This document shows, one piece after another, positions 18,533 to 26,424 of a stretch of DNA of 52,953 nt (positions within the stretch are counted from its first letter, which is position 1; each line of letters opens with the position of its first letter). Below the pieces are notes generated by a model. The model had not been told where the DNA came from. It worked only from the letters and a program-made list of their open reading frames with translations, and did not search any database. The DNA is taken from the IMG/VR virus record IMGVR_UViG_3300031565_000046, positions 1-52,953 of that record; one strand, given 5' to 3'. The DNA comes from a virus (lineage: Duplodnaviria > Caudoviricetes). The position numbers were made by a program, and so were the translations under genes.

Positions 18533-19018
18533 TTATTGACATACGTAAACTAAATCCAATGTATTAAGGATTGTTACGCATGATGTGCTAGATGTTGTGC
18601 CTTTAAAACACAACTGTTGTGATCCTCCTGATGTTGCGACTAATACATTATCCTTGTATATGTTTAATGTCACTCCATTTTGTATTGTTAAGTTAGGATT
18701 TCCACCGATTAAGCCAACAGATAGTTGTATACTCAGTATATTATATGAGCTTGTTATATTGACTGCTGTATCTAATACCATAGCTGTTGTTATAGCAGCA
18801 TAACCGCTGAGTTGATTATCTATATCTGTCCAGATTACATCAAGTCTATCACCAGATGCGAGTGGATTATCTAATATTACTTCATACAAATAGACAGCAT
18901 CACATACTGTGCTTTGTATTGGTGTTGGGTTAGGTGTTGCCACGATTGGCTGCGGTGTTTCCTGTTTACTACAAGACGTTAATAACATCATTATAGTCAC
19001 TATGATTAAATTCTTCAT
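18533..19018 (-). CDS. lipoprotein
   Basis: Signal peptide with lipobox LLTSC followed by a Pro/Thr linker. Confidence 0.7.
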   Translation of the reverse strand: MKNLIIVTIMMLLTSCSKQETPQPIVATPNPTPIQSTVCDAVYLYEVILDNPLASGDRLDVIWTDIDNQLSGYAAITTAMVLDTAVNITSSYNILSIQLSVGLIGGNPNLTIQNGVTLNIYKDNVLVATSGGSQQLCFKGTTSSTSCVTILNTLDLVYVCQ

Positions 19019-19046
19019 GGTTTTAATTGATTTAAGTGAATAATTG

Positions 19047-19124
19047 TACCACCTGAGAGACTCGAACTCCCGCGTTTGATTAGTTCCACGCTTCCGAATT
19101 GTCTCGTGATGAGTTTTAAGTGGT
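19047..19124 (-). pseudogene. degenerate tRNA-like element
   Basis: Acceptor ACCACTT/AGGTGGT and T arm GGGAG-TTCGAGT-CTCTC present; no clean anticodon arm. Confidence 0.5.
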
Positions 19125-19128
19125 ATAT

Positions 19129-19162
19129 GAAAAAAAGCCTCTACAAGATGAGAGGCTTTTTT
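19129..19162. terminator. bidirectional intrinsic terminator
   Basis: aaaaaaagcctct...agaggctttttt. Confidence 0.7.
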
Positions 19163-19238
19163 AAGATAATAGTAATATATGTTTACTTATAGTCGTGTTG
19201 ATCAGTATTTATTTGTGGGCTCCCTGATATAGAATGCT

Positions 19239-19529
19239 TTACGCAAGCTTACGGAGCTCCAGATAACCTGGATTCACCTCCTTCTCAGATCTCACCTTCG
19301 ACAAGTTCTTTACAGATTTAGTGTGTCTGCAGAAACTCTGGGTGTAGATGCTATAGCAAATAGGTGCTGGTAAAACGGCTAGCTCATTAAACTCAGCTAC
19401 GCTGTTTGAAATTGCATCATTGACCTGATTGTATTCCGATGCAGAACTCTTACGTTCAGTTGCATCTATAGAAGATGTTCCAATGAATATCATTGCTGTA
19501 AAGCTTAATATGTATGGAACTTTTTTCAT
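19239..19529 (-). CDS. secreted hypothetical protein
   Basis: N-terminal signal-like segment. Confidence 0.5.
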   Translation of the reverse strand: MKKVPYILSFTAMIFIGTSSIDATERKSSASEYNQVNDAISNSVAEFNELAVLPAPICYSIYTQSFCRHTKSVKNLSKVRSEKEVNPGYLELRKLA

Positions 19530-19636
19530 TTTTGATTTGGTTTAAGATTTGGTAAATATACAATTAAAATGCAATAAGATGAAATAGGATAGCTAAAAAC
19601 CATGCAGCAAGATAATATTTGGCTGCATTCATATTG

Positions 19637-19993
19637 CTATACCCAGCCTTTTCTTAAATTACGATTGCTTGTAAGAGCTGACGTATAGTTGTTAAAGTTA
19701 TCCCAATCATCTCCGCAATTATAAACTACACGAGTATTTTTGCGTGATTGGATCTCTTTAACGATTCCGTTTTCATATTCGGCTGGATTTTTACAATTAT
19801 CCCGAATATAGTGGACTTTTTCACCTACTTCAAACTGTTGAAAGTCATAAATTGTACGATGAAGCATGTGTAATTGGTCAGGAGCTAAAGAATTCAGTGA
19901 TCTTTCTCCGAATATATCTTGAAATTCAGTTAAATTCTTGTTTTTCCATTCCAATAACTCGTAATAAATTTCCTTTGGTACTCCATTTTTCAT
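19637..19993 (-). CDS. hypothetical protein with SH3/KOW-like C-terminal domain
   Basis: VGEKVHY...ENGIVKE...VVYNC; likely start MKNGVP. Confidence 0.6.
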   Translation of the reverse strand: MKNGVPKEIYYELLEWKNKNLTEFQDIFGERSLNSLAPDQLHMLHRTIYDFQQFEVGEKVHYIRDNCKNPAEYENGIVKEIQSRKNTRVVYNCGDDWDNFNNYTSALTSNRNLRKGWV

Positions 19994-19995
19994 AA

Positions 19996-20181
19996 TTATT
20001 GGATTTGAGTTAAGCAATAGAAAGTAGCCCATGCTAAACATGCTATGATTATAGCTGGTCCAGCTCCACTTTCATTTTCAAATTCTTTTATACCTCTTGC
20101 CGAATAGTCATAATAAATTACGATATAGCTAGTCAATAAAGCGATTGCTAATACTATAGCTTTTGTGATTAATAGTGTCAT
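19996..20181 (-). CDS. small two-TM membrane protein
   Basis: Two hydrophobic segments; likely start MTLLITK. Confidence 0.55.
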   Translation of the reverse strand: MTLLITKAIVLAIALLTSYIVIYYDYSARGIKEFENESGAGPAIIIACLAWATFYCLTQIQ

Positions 20182-20271
20182 GCGATTAGGTTTTAGTTGA
20201 TAGACTTGGTTATATAAAGGGCAGCACTCCGAAGAATGCCACCCATTATACCTCATCTACCATGATGTATA

Positions 20272-20349
20272 CTATTTACAGAAGCAGTAGCCTCCACAGA
20301 TATCACAATATTTACGATCCTGTGCTACGTATGTGTACTGAGTTTTCAT
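20272..20349 (-). CDS. 25-aa Cys-rich micropeptide
   Basis: MKTQYTYVAQDRKYCDICGGYCFCK; leader attcactaaact matches that of the gene at 16229. Confidence 0.45.
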   Translation of the reverse strand: MKTQYTYVAQDRKYCDICGGYCFCK

Positions 20350-20474
20350 AACGATTAAGTTTAGTGAATAATTAGATTACGTGATAAGTAAATACCCCAG
20401 ACGTTATTAGGAACGTCAATTCCTCTACACTATGCGACACAAGGTGCGGGTAGTTATTTATTTAGGGCATTGTA

Positions 20475-20813
20475 TTAGTGTCCGATACCGATTTGCGAGG
20501 TATCATCAGAATCCGTTTCGACATCCTCAAATGGAATATCCTCAAATGGAATATCTTGAGAGCCGGTAAATCTATCCATATGTTGTTGAATAAGGTAAGC
20601 CTTGTCATCCAGTTCTTTGCGCTGGATAATATGGCGTTTATTCTCGCGGTAGCTGCCTATGTTCATTGCTAAAGCAATAAGGCTAACGGTTACCATAAAT
20701 GTGCCCATAGCAACTTTACCAATTATGATGTTAAATACTCCCCAAACAATTAATGATAGGGATAATAATGTAGAAAGGATGATTAACATCCTGAATCTTT
20801 TTAAGTTTTTCAT
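20475..20813 (-). CDS. two-TM membrane protein with DIPFE repeat
   Basis: Two TM helices; QDIPFEDIPFED encoded by a 15-nt tandem repeat. Confidence 0.65.
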   Translation of the reverse strand: MKNLKRFRMLIILSTLLSLSLIVWGVFNIIIGKVAMGTFMVTVSLIALAMNIGSYRENKRHIIQRKELDDKAYLIQQHMDRFTGSQDIPFEDIPFEDVETDSDDTSQIGIGH

Positions 20814-20826
20814 GGTAGTGAATGTG

Positions 20827-21051
20827 TTAGAATGGGAGGATGTCCTCCTCATCGTTGTTAGTGCTATTATTTATGAGGTTGCGGTTTCTGTTTACCTCTT
20901 CATTCTTATCTAAAGGAAGAGAGAAATACATAGAGTCATTATAAGACTCATAATACCATAGAGGCATACCTGATTCTGTTACTTTATTTATGTAGTCAGA
21001 GTGTTGTTGTTCAAGTAAGTCTTCTTGTGTTGGTTGTCTAGTTAGTCCCAT
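20827..21051 (-). CDS. small protein with SSB-like acidic tail
   Basis: Ends NDEEDILPF. Confidence 0.6.
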   Translation of the reverse strand: MGLTRQPTQEDLLEQQHSDYINKVTESGMPLWYYESYNDSMYFSLPLDKNEEVNRNRNLINNSTNNDEEDILPF

Positions 21052-21256
21052 GTCAGAGTTGTTAAGAGTTATTATTATTAACTATAGCCATATCTTTATA
21101 ATGCTTATGATGTGACATATTTTAGGGATAGAGAGGATATGATGGTTTAGGGGGTGTGTGAACTCCTACTCACGTTTGCTTACACGCTTGAGTATTTCTG
21201 GTTTCTTTACCTCAAAACCGAGCTAGTAATTCAGAAAACTCTGTTAGCTTGTGTAG

Positions 21257-21290
21257 CAAAAAAAAACCCGTAGGGATTATCCTACGGGTT
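21257..21290 (-). terminator. intrinsic terminator
   Basis: aacccgtagg...cctacgggtt with U-run. Confidence 0.8.
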
Positions 21291-21306
21291 CTAATACTTA
21301 TGTGGA

Positions 21307-21705
21307 TTATAAATCCCCTAAGTCTCCATCTTCAGCAGAAGCTACTGAACTCTCTACTGACGCAGGAGCAGATTCAGTTGCTTTCACGCCTAAGATAGAC
21401 TGAGCAGCTTGCTTAGCTAACTCTTGTCCGAAGTTACCTCCGTACTGAGCTGCGATACTAGCTGCCTGATCAAAGGCACTCATATCCGGAACAATCTTCC
21501 CGTTTGTAGTGATGATCAACTTACCGTTGTCACCTACACAACGAGTGGTAAACCATAAAGGCTGACCTGTTGTTTCGTCTTCTCTATAATACTCACCTTG
21601 TGCTTCTTTATAAGCAGCAAGATCATTTGCACTTCCAGTAACTCCGTACACGAATGTAGCGTTACCATTTTTAGATCTGTAAGATCTGATCAATTTGATT
21701 TTCAT
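21307..21705 (-). CDS. hypothetical protein, paralog A of duplicated gene
   Basis: Near-identical to 22509-22910; start MKIKLIRSY. Confidence 0.8.
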   Translation of the reverse strand: MKIKLIRSYRSKNGNATFVYGVTGSANDLAAYKEAQGEYYREDETTGQPLWFTTRCVGDNGKLIITTNGKIVPDMSAFDQAASIAAQYGGNFGQELAKQAAQSILGVKATESAPASVESSVASAEDGDLGDL

Positions 21706-21781
21706 CTTGAATTGGTTTTGGTTAATAAATAATTGATTACGATTTGATAAGACTAACATAACTTAACTAGCCTTCCTTACA

Positions 21782-21795
21782 AGAAGGGGTTGGGG
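21782..21795 (-). promoter_or_regulatory. CCMCAACCCYYTCT motif, copy 2
   Basis: agaaggggttgggg. Confidence 0.6.
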
Positions 21796-21911
21796 GCTAC
21801 TGCCAATGGAGAGCTGGTAAGCTACTCCGAAGTTATGTAGTAAAGAGATGGTCGTTGGTTAACGTGGTGCTGATGCACATAGCTACATTAACTCAACAAT
21901 CATTTCTTGCA

Positions 21912-21925
21912 AGAGGGGGTTGGGG
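21912..21925 (-). promoter_or_regulatory. CCMCAACCCYYTCT motif, copy 3
   Basis: agagggggttgggg. Confidence 0.6.
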
Positions 21926-21996
21926 CGGCTTACATAGCCAAAATTAAGATGCCAGTGATAGCAAGGGATTGATTAGGATGTTACACGGGGTGGAGA

Positions 21997-22305
21997 CTAC
22001 TTCTTCTTAGGCTTATTGCCTTTTCCATTTCTGGCGCGGTTACTAGAGCGTGGCTCATTAACAATAGAACCTGATTTAGTGTGGCTCTTGTCTTGACCTT
22101 TACCATTAGGGTTAGAGCGGTTACTAGCGTTAAGCTCTGCTCTATACTTCTTACGCTCTGGTGTGGCGTGGTAAGCTTTGTTGTATGCATTCTTCTTCTT
22201 CCTTGCTTCAGGGTGAGAAGCGAAGTATTTAGCTGATGTACTCTTGCCAGTGCTTTTGCCTGCGTTAGAGTTACGTTTCTTTGGGTTAGTTCCTGATGCT
22301 GCCAT
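21997..22305 (-). CDS. small highly basic protein with HNH-like remnant
   Basis: DKSHTKSG...E..SSNRARNG; TATATTTG element at 22310-22317. Confidence 0.7.
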   Translation of the reverse strand: MAASGTNPKKRNSNAGKSTGKSTSAKYFASHPEARKKKNAYNKAYHATPERKKYRAELNASNRSNPNGKGQDKSHTKSGSIVNEPRSSNRARNGKGNKPKKK

Positions 22306-22467
22306 AAGACAAATATAAATAAAAATAATGAGAGTGTGTAATCAACGCTTGAGAGAAGAAGATGATAGTAAAAAATGCTGTCCCGTCAGGGGAGTTGGGG
22401 AAGCAGCGTGACACATAAGTCACGCGTAATAAAGACGTGAGCGTTAGCGAACACCTTTGTGTTTTGA

Positions 22468-22501
22468 GAAAAAAGAAACCCAAGCACGAAGCTCGGGTTT
22501 C
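22468..22501 (-). terminator. intrinsic terminator
   Basis: gaaacccaagc-acgaa-gctcgggtttc hairpin with U-run. Confidence 0.7.
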
Positions 22502-22508
22502 AATTAGA

Positions 22509-22910
22509 CTACTCAGCGTCTTCAATAGACGGAGCATCAACTGGTGCAGATGCAACAGGAGCAGAAGCAGGCTCTTCAACCGTAGGCTGTGTGCCCAAGA
22601 TTGATTGCGCAGCTTGTCTTGCAAGCTCTTGCCCAAAGTTTCCACCATATTGCGCAGCAATAGATGCAGCTTGGTCAAACGCTGACATATCAGGTACAAC
22701 CTTTCCGTTGGTTGTAATGATAAGCTTGCCGTTATCGCCTACGCAACGAGTTGTGAACCAAAGAGGACTACCAGTCTTCTCATCTTCTCTGTAATACTCG
22801 CCTTGTGCTGATTTGAAAGCCTCAAGGTCTGCTTGGTTACCGCTAACAGCGTATACGAAAGTTGCGTTACCGTTTTTGCTACGGTATGAGCGTAATAATT
22901 TGATTTTCAT
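22509..22910 (-). CDS. hypothetical protein, paralog B of duplicated gene
   Basis: Near-identical to 21307-21705. Confidence 0.8.
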   Translation of the reverse strand: MKIKLLRSYRSKNGNATFVYAVSGNQADLEAFKSAQGEYYREDEKTGSPLWFTTRCVGDNGKLIITTNGKVVPDMSAFDQAASIAAQYGGNFGQELARQAAQSILGTQPTVEEPASAPVASAPVDAPSIEDAE

Positions 22911-22960
22911 GGTATGAAAGTATTTAATTAATTAAAAGAGGTTAATCCCCTTTTTAAACA

Positions 22961-22974
22961 AGAAAGGGTTGTGG
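22961..22974 (-). promoter_or_regulatory. CCMCAACCCYYTCT motif, copy 4
   Basis: agaaagggttgtgg. Confidence 0.6.
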
Positions 22975-22991
22975 TGAGTTAAATAAGAAGA

Positions 22992-23231
22992 CTATGAAAG
23001 TCCTCTTATTATTCTGATTGCATCAAGCATATGCTCTGCTCTGTGCTTGTAGACTTTAGCACCTGCTTTCAGGTTGATGATTGTTTCCAATGACCTGTTC
23101 TTTAGGTGTTGGATTGCATCATCTGCTAAGCCTCCCTCCTCAACTGATTTCTTGGTAACATCTACTACCCAGTTGATGAAGTTCTTATTGTATTGCCAAT
23201 GTTTGTCTTGGTCTATTGCTTTGTTTGCCAT
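22992..23231 (-). CDS. hypothetical protein
   Basis: ORF with AT-rich leader. Confidence 0.6.
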   Translation of the reverse strand: MANKAIDQDKHWQYNKNFINWVVDVTKKSVEEGGLADDAIQHLKNRSLETIINLKAGAKVYKHRAEHMLDAIRIIRGLS

Positions 23232-23358
23232 AGTTATAAGTTTAAGTTATAGATTAATGAATAGTTTCTTTCAGGAAGTCTTGAGAAATCCCTTGTGTTC
23301 TTGTGCTTGTAATCATAAACAGCTGCCCACACAAGCAGGACAGCTGTTATGATGAAGC

Positions 23359-23619
23359 CTAACATTGTAGTAAAGAGATTAAATCGTCTGCCAAATCATT
23401 GGCAACTCTGACATCACGCTCTTCAATAAGCTCTTGCTTAAGCTCGTTGCATATTTGACACAAGTGATATTCTTCCTGTATCTCATATTGCTTGCGGATA
23501 TTATCTATCTCAAACAGCACAGCCTCTATTTTATCAGGAGTGTTGTACTGTATACATTGCCTGTAGTAAATTTCATTGATTAAATCTTTTAGTTCCGATG
23601 GTGCTAATACTTGTATCAT
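23359..23619 (-). CDS. hypothetical protein (UVR-like helical hairpin)
   Basis: EIQEEYHLCQICNELK. Confidence 0.55.
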   Translation of the reverse strand: MIQVLAPSELKDLINEIYYRQCIQYNTPDKIEAVLFEIDNIRKQYEIQEEYHLCQICNELKQELIEERDVRVANDLADDLISLLQC

Positions 23620-23652
23620 ATTATGTGAGTTTAAGTTAGTATTTTCCTTGTT

Positions 23653-23666
23653 AGAAAGGGTTGTGG
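23653..23666 (-). promoter_or_regulatory. CCMCAACCCYYTCT motif, copy 5
   Basis: agaaagggttgtgg about 34 nt before ATG. Confidence 0.6.
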
Positions 23667-23717
23667 TTTACGGCTGAGAAAAAAGAAAGCAGAGACTATG
23701 CTCTGCTCGTCTTCAGC

Positions 23718-23780
23718 TTAATGCTGTGTGACACCGTGCTCTATCAAGCTCAAGTAGTCATCGTATTCTTGCTCATCCAT
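23718..23780 (-). CDS. 20-aa micropeptide
   Basis: MDEQEYDDYLSLIEHGVTQH with typical leader and followed by a terminator (23678-23707). Confidence 0.35.
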   Translation of the reverse strand: MDEQEYDDYLSLIEHGVTQH

Positions 23781-23834
23781 AATGGTAGGTTTTAAGCTGT
23801 TGGTTATTTGTTCACGCTAACCAACTCTGCGTGA

Positions 23835-24017
23835 TTAATGATAGATTGCAGTAACAACAGGAGCATCCAAGTAAGCTTGAGCTTCCTCTTCAGTATCGAA
23901 GTATCCGCTGTCTCTTGAGTATGGGAAATCAATGTCTCCCATTTCGTTGTCTTGATATGTTCTGCCCACGTACCAGCCGCGGTTGTTGTGCATTACTTTT
24001 AAGTCTGATATAATCAT
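23835..24017 (-). CDS. small phage protein
   Basis: GWYVGR...PYSRDSGYF.TEEEA..L. Confidence 0.65.
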   Translation of the reverse strand: MIISDLKVMHNNRGWYVGRTYQDNEMGDIDFPYSRDSGYFDTEEEAQAYLDAPVVTAIYH

Positions 24018-24580
24018 AGTGTTATTTTTGGTTTGTTTCTATTTAACGCAGTTAACATTTCTCGTAATACTGAATCTGATAAAGCACCTTTTACGTTTTT
24101 GTATTCATCCTTTTGATTTTGATTATAATTAATAGCAATGAATGTGCAGTCACCTAATCCAGATAAGTGAATTAAAGGCTGCATGAAGTCAACACCGTTT
24201 GTAAAATAAGTAATCAAAATAATAATATCTTTTTTTACAACTATGTTACCGAATTGGGTTGGATACCATTGCTTATCAGGTGCTATAGCATTCATATGCA
24301 AGCTCGCCATATCAGTAATAGTTATTAATTCTTTGGTGAAATCAGATAACGCTTCTATATCATAATACTTAAAAGATTCCTGTTGCATATACTGTTCTTC
24401 GAGTGGTTCGTGCTTATTACACCAATTACACGTTCCGTCACAAGATTCATCACCACAGCCTTCGTTGTAATCATCTGAGCGATGTGGATTACCATCACAA
24501 CTTCCGCAATGAGCACCTTCTGAATCAGTGTAGATAGCTGCATTGCAACATTGTGATTTATATTCTTTTTTCTTTGCCAT
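24014..24580 (-). CDS. hypothetical protein with Cys-rich N-terminus
   Basis: SQCCNA...CGSC...C...C...C.WC. Confidence 0.65.
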   Translation of the reverse strand: MAKKKEYKSQCCNAAIYTDSEGAHCGSCDGNPHRSDDYNEGCGDESCDGTCNWCNKHEPLEEQYMQQESFKYYDIEALSDFTKELITITDMASLHMNAIAPDKQWYPTQFGNIVVKKDIIILITYFTNGVDFMQPLIHLSGLGDCTFIAINYNQNQKDEYKNVKGALSDSVLREMLTALNRNKPKITL

Positions 24581-24614
24581 AATATATAAGTTTAAGTGAA
24601 TATCTTTTCATCCT

Positions 24615-24628
24615 AGAAAGGGTTGTGG
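24615..24628 (-). promoter_or_regulatory. CCMCAACCCYYTCT motif, copy 6
   Basis: agaaagggttgtgg about 35 nt before ATG. Confidence 0.6.
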
Positions 24629-25003
24629 TAAGCGGCTTACTGTAAGGTATATGCTAACGATTGATGACTCACCAAACTAACAGATCGCACCAATGCTGTG
24701 TAATGTGTGAAAGCTGTGGGAAGCCTGTGTGGTGGCTGTGTGAAGGCCTTTGTTCTATGTAGGCAACTATCTTCTTCAAAAGAATTCTTTTTCTCTGCAG
24801 CTCAGCTATATGAAATCACTTCCATATATTTTAGGGGGGATACCCCCAAAAGCGTTTTGGCCCCGGGGGTTAAATAGTAATCATTACCCATCCTTGTGAA
24901 TACAGTACTTTTAAATTTACCCTTGTTAACTCCTAGTGAGCAATGCTAAGATAGTGATGAATATCTCTTTACTCCCAAGCTTGTTTATATGGTCCGTTAT
25001 GTA

Positions 25004-25011
25004 TATCTTTG
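25004..25011 (+). promoter_or_regulatory. Bacteroidota sigma70 -7 element (TAnnTTTG)
   Basis: TATCTTTG; further intergenic copies at 25475, 25600, 26780, 38624, 47133. Confidence 0.55.
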
Positions 25012-25017
25012 GTTCTT

Positions 25018-25200
25018 ATGAGCTCTATAGATAAATGGTATATTAAAGTTACTGATACTGATAGGATAGATACTAAGCGTGTTGAGATACATTGGTTCTA
25101 TAAGTTCCTTATCTGGCTAGAAATAAAGAAACAGCCAGTTATTAATCCACTTGACCTATTTAGCATTAAGAGAAATGAAAGGCGTAATGGTATGGCATAA
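25018..25200 (+). CDS. hypothetical protein
   Basis: First rightward ORF after the promoter element. Confidence 0.45.
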   Translation: MSSIDKWYIKVTDTDRIDTKRVEIHWFYKFLIWLEIKKQPVINPLDLFSIKRNERRNGMA

Positions 25201-25462
25201 CCTTCCTCCTGTTGGAGATATAGTGGAATATGTTCCTAATTATCTTTATGGAGTAATGGACTATCCGCTCAATATTAAAGATGGTGACACAGAGAATGGT
25301 CGCTGGTTAGCTACAATGATGTCACCTGCTGATGTTGATGCTTATCTCGATTGGTGCTGGCGAGAATGTGACCGCCTCATCTATAACAAGTGGACTAAGA
25401 AACCTGAAGATAAAGAATGGTTACCAGGAGATGAAGATAAATATCAAGATGATGATGATTAA
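25151..25462 (+). CDS. hypothetical protein
   Basis: ORF, start uncertain. Confidence 0.55.
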   Translation: MTYLALREMKGVMVWHNLPPVGDIVEYVPNYLYGVMDYPLNIKDGDTENGRWLATMMSPADVDAYLDWCWRECDRLIYNKWTKKPEDKEWLPGDEDKYQDDDD

Positions 25463-25636
25463 ATATTTTTTATGTACATTTGCCCCAGAGCATGTGCCAC
25501 TAGAAAATCGGAAGTATGTCTAACTTTAAAACATGAATGACATGAAAGAACAGATCTGAACTCCCTGTAATTAAATTTGCAGGGAGTTTTTTATTTTCAT
25601 AAGTTTGTCTCATATATAAATAAATACATACACATT

Positions 25637-25927
25637 ATGCTAGTACTAAGAAGATTCTCCGAAAACGGAGTAGAAATGAATCAAGTCATAGGTAAAGGTT
25701 ACACCTACATCCACAGAGAAATTAACCCAAAACAATTCAGAGAAACTTATCGCGAATATTTTAAGAAGGATCACGTTGCTGATGATGACCCAACTAGTGA
25801 TAAAGAAAGCAAGAACTGCTACGCCTTTGTTTGTGAGGGAGCTTTAATCCAAGCACTTTACAAAACTCAGAAAGCCTTTATGATGACTGAGTCAGGACAA
25901 ACGTTCTCCAATTTAACTTATAAATAA
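25637..25927 (+). CDS. hypothetical protein
   Basis: Start MLVLRRF; ends MTESGQTFSNLTYK. Confidence 0.65.
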   Translation: MLVLRRFSENGVEMNQVIGKGYTYIHREINPKQFRETYREYFKKDHVADDDPTSDKESKNCYAFVCEGALIQALYKTQKAFMMTESGQTFSNLTYK

Positions 25928-25989
25928 TAATACACCCGCCCTGCCTCTCAACGATTGCACACTGTGGCGGGTCTTTTTTTTAACTGACT

Positions 25990-26424
25990 ATGGCCAAGAA
26001 ACCGTTTCCTCTATTATTTATAGACCACATTCAAGTTCCTGTATTCAAGGAAAAAATTAATTTAGTGTTTGCCAAAGATGGTCCAATCACTGCAGCTAGA
26101 GAATTAGATTTACTTCAACCTTTTGCAGATAAGCACGAGGATGGGAATCTCAAGCGAGCTGAGGATTACTTCAAAGGTGCTAATGCTATGGTATTTCACG
26201 CTGATAATATACTCTTTGTCATACTACCATTTAATGTTACCAGAGGTGTGATTGCTCACGAGATATTCCATCTAGCGGTAAACATACTGGAACATAGAGG
26301 ACTTCATTTCAGCCACTCTAGTGAAGAAGCTTATGCTCATTTGATTGATTGGCTGACTGAAGAAATATATAGTTATCACGATAATCTAATAAAGAAACAA
26401 GCGAAATGGAAGGCAAAGAAATAA
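25990..26424 (+). CDS. zincin-like HEXXH protein
   Basis: IAHEIFHLA...EEAYAHL. Confidence 0.65.
   Translation: MAKKPFPLLFIDHIQVPVFKEKINLVFAKDGPITAARELDLLQPFADKHEDGNLKRAEDYFKGANAMVFHADNILFVILPFNVTRGVIAHEIFHLAVNILEHRGLHFSHSSEEAYAHLIDWLTEEIYSYHDNLIKKQAKWKAKK

Noticed and set aside
22375-22460. Primosome-assembly or origin-like hairpins (gcgtgac..gtcacgc, tgagcgttagcgaa)
   Set aside because: Suggestive only; a single short hairpin is not enough to support a call
21307-22910. Diversity-generating retroelement TR/VR pair
   Set aside because: Differences are mostly synonymous and not adenine-specific, both copies are full ORFs, and no reverse transcriptase is in the window
2527-23352. Plus-strand ORFs in the left arm (e.g. 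2527-2784, 4634-4951, 14745-15026)
   Set aside because: Antisense shadows of well-supported minus-strand genes with no recognisable motifs
21782-24628. CRISPR array from the repeated 14-nt motif
   Set aside because: Repeats are too short, irregularly spaced by 130 to over 1000 nt and separated by whole genes
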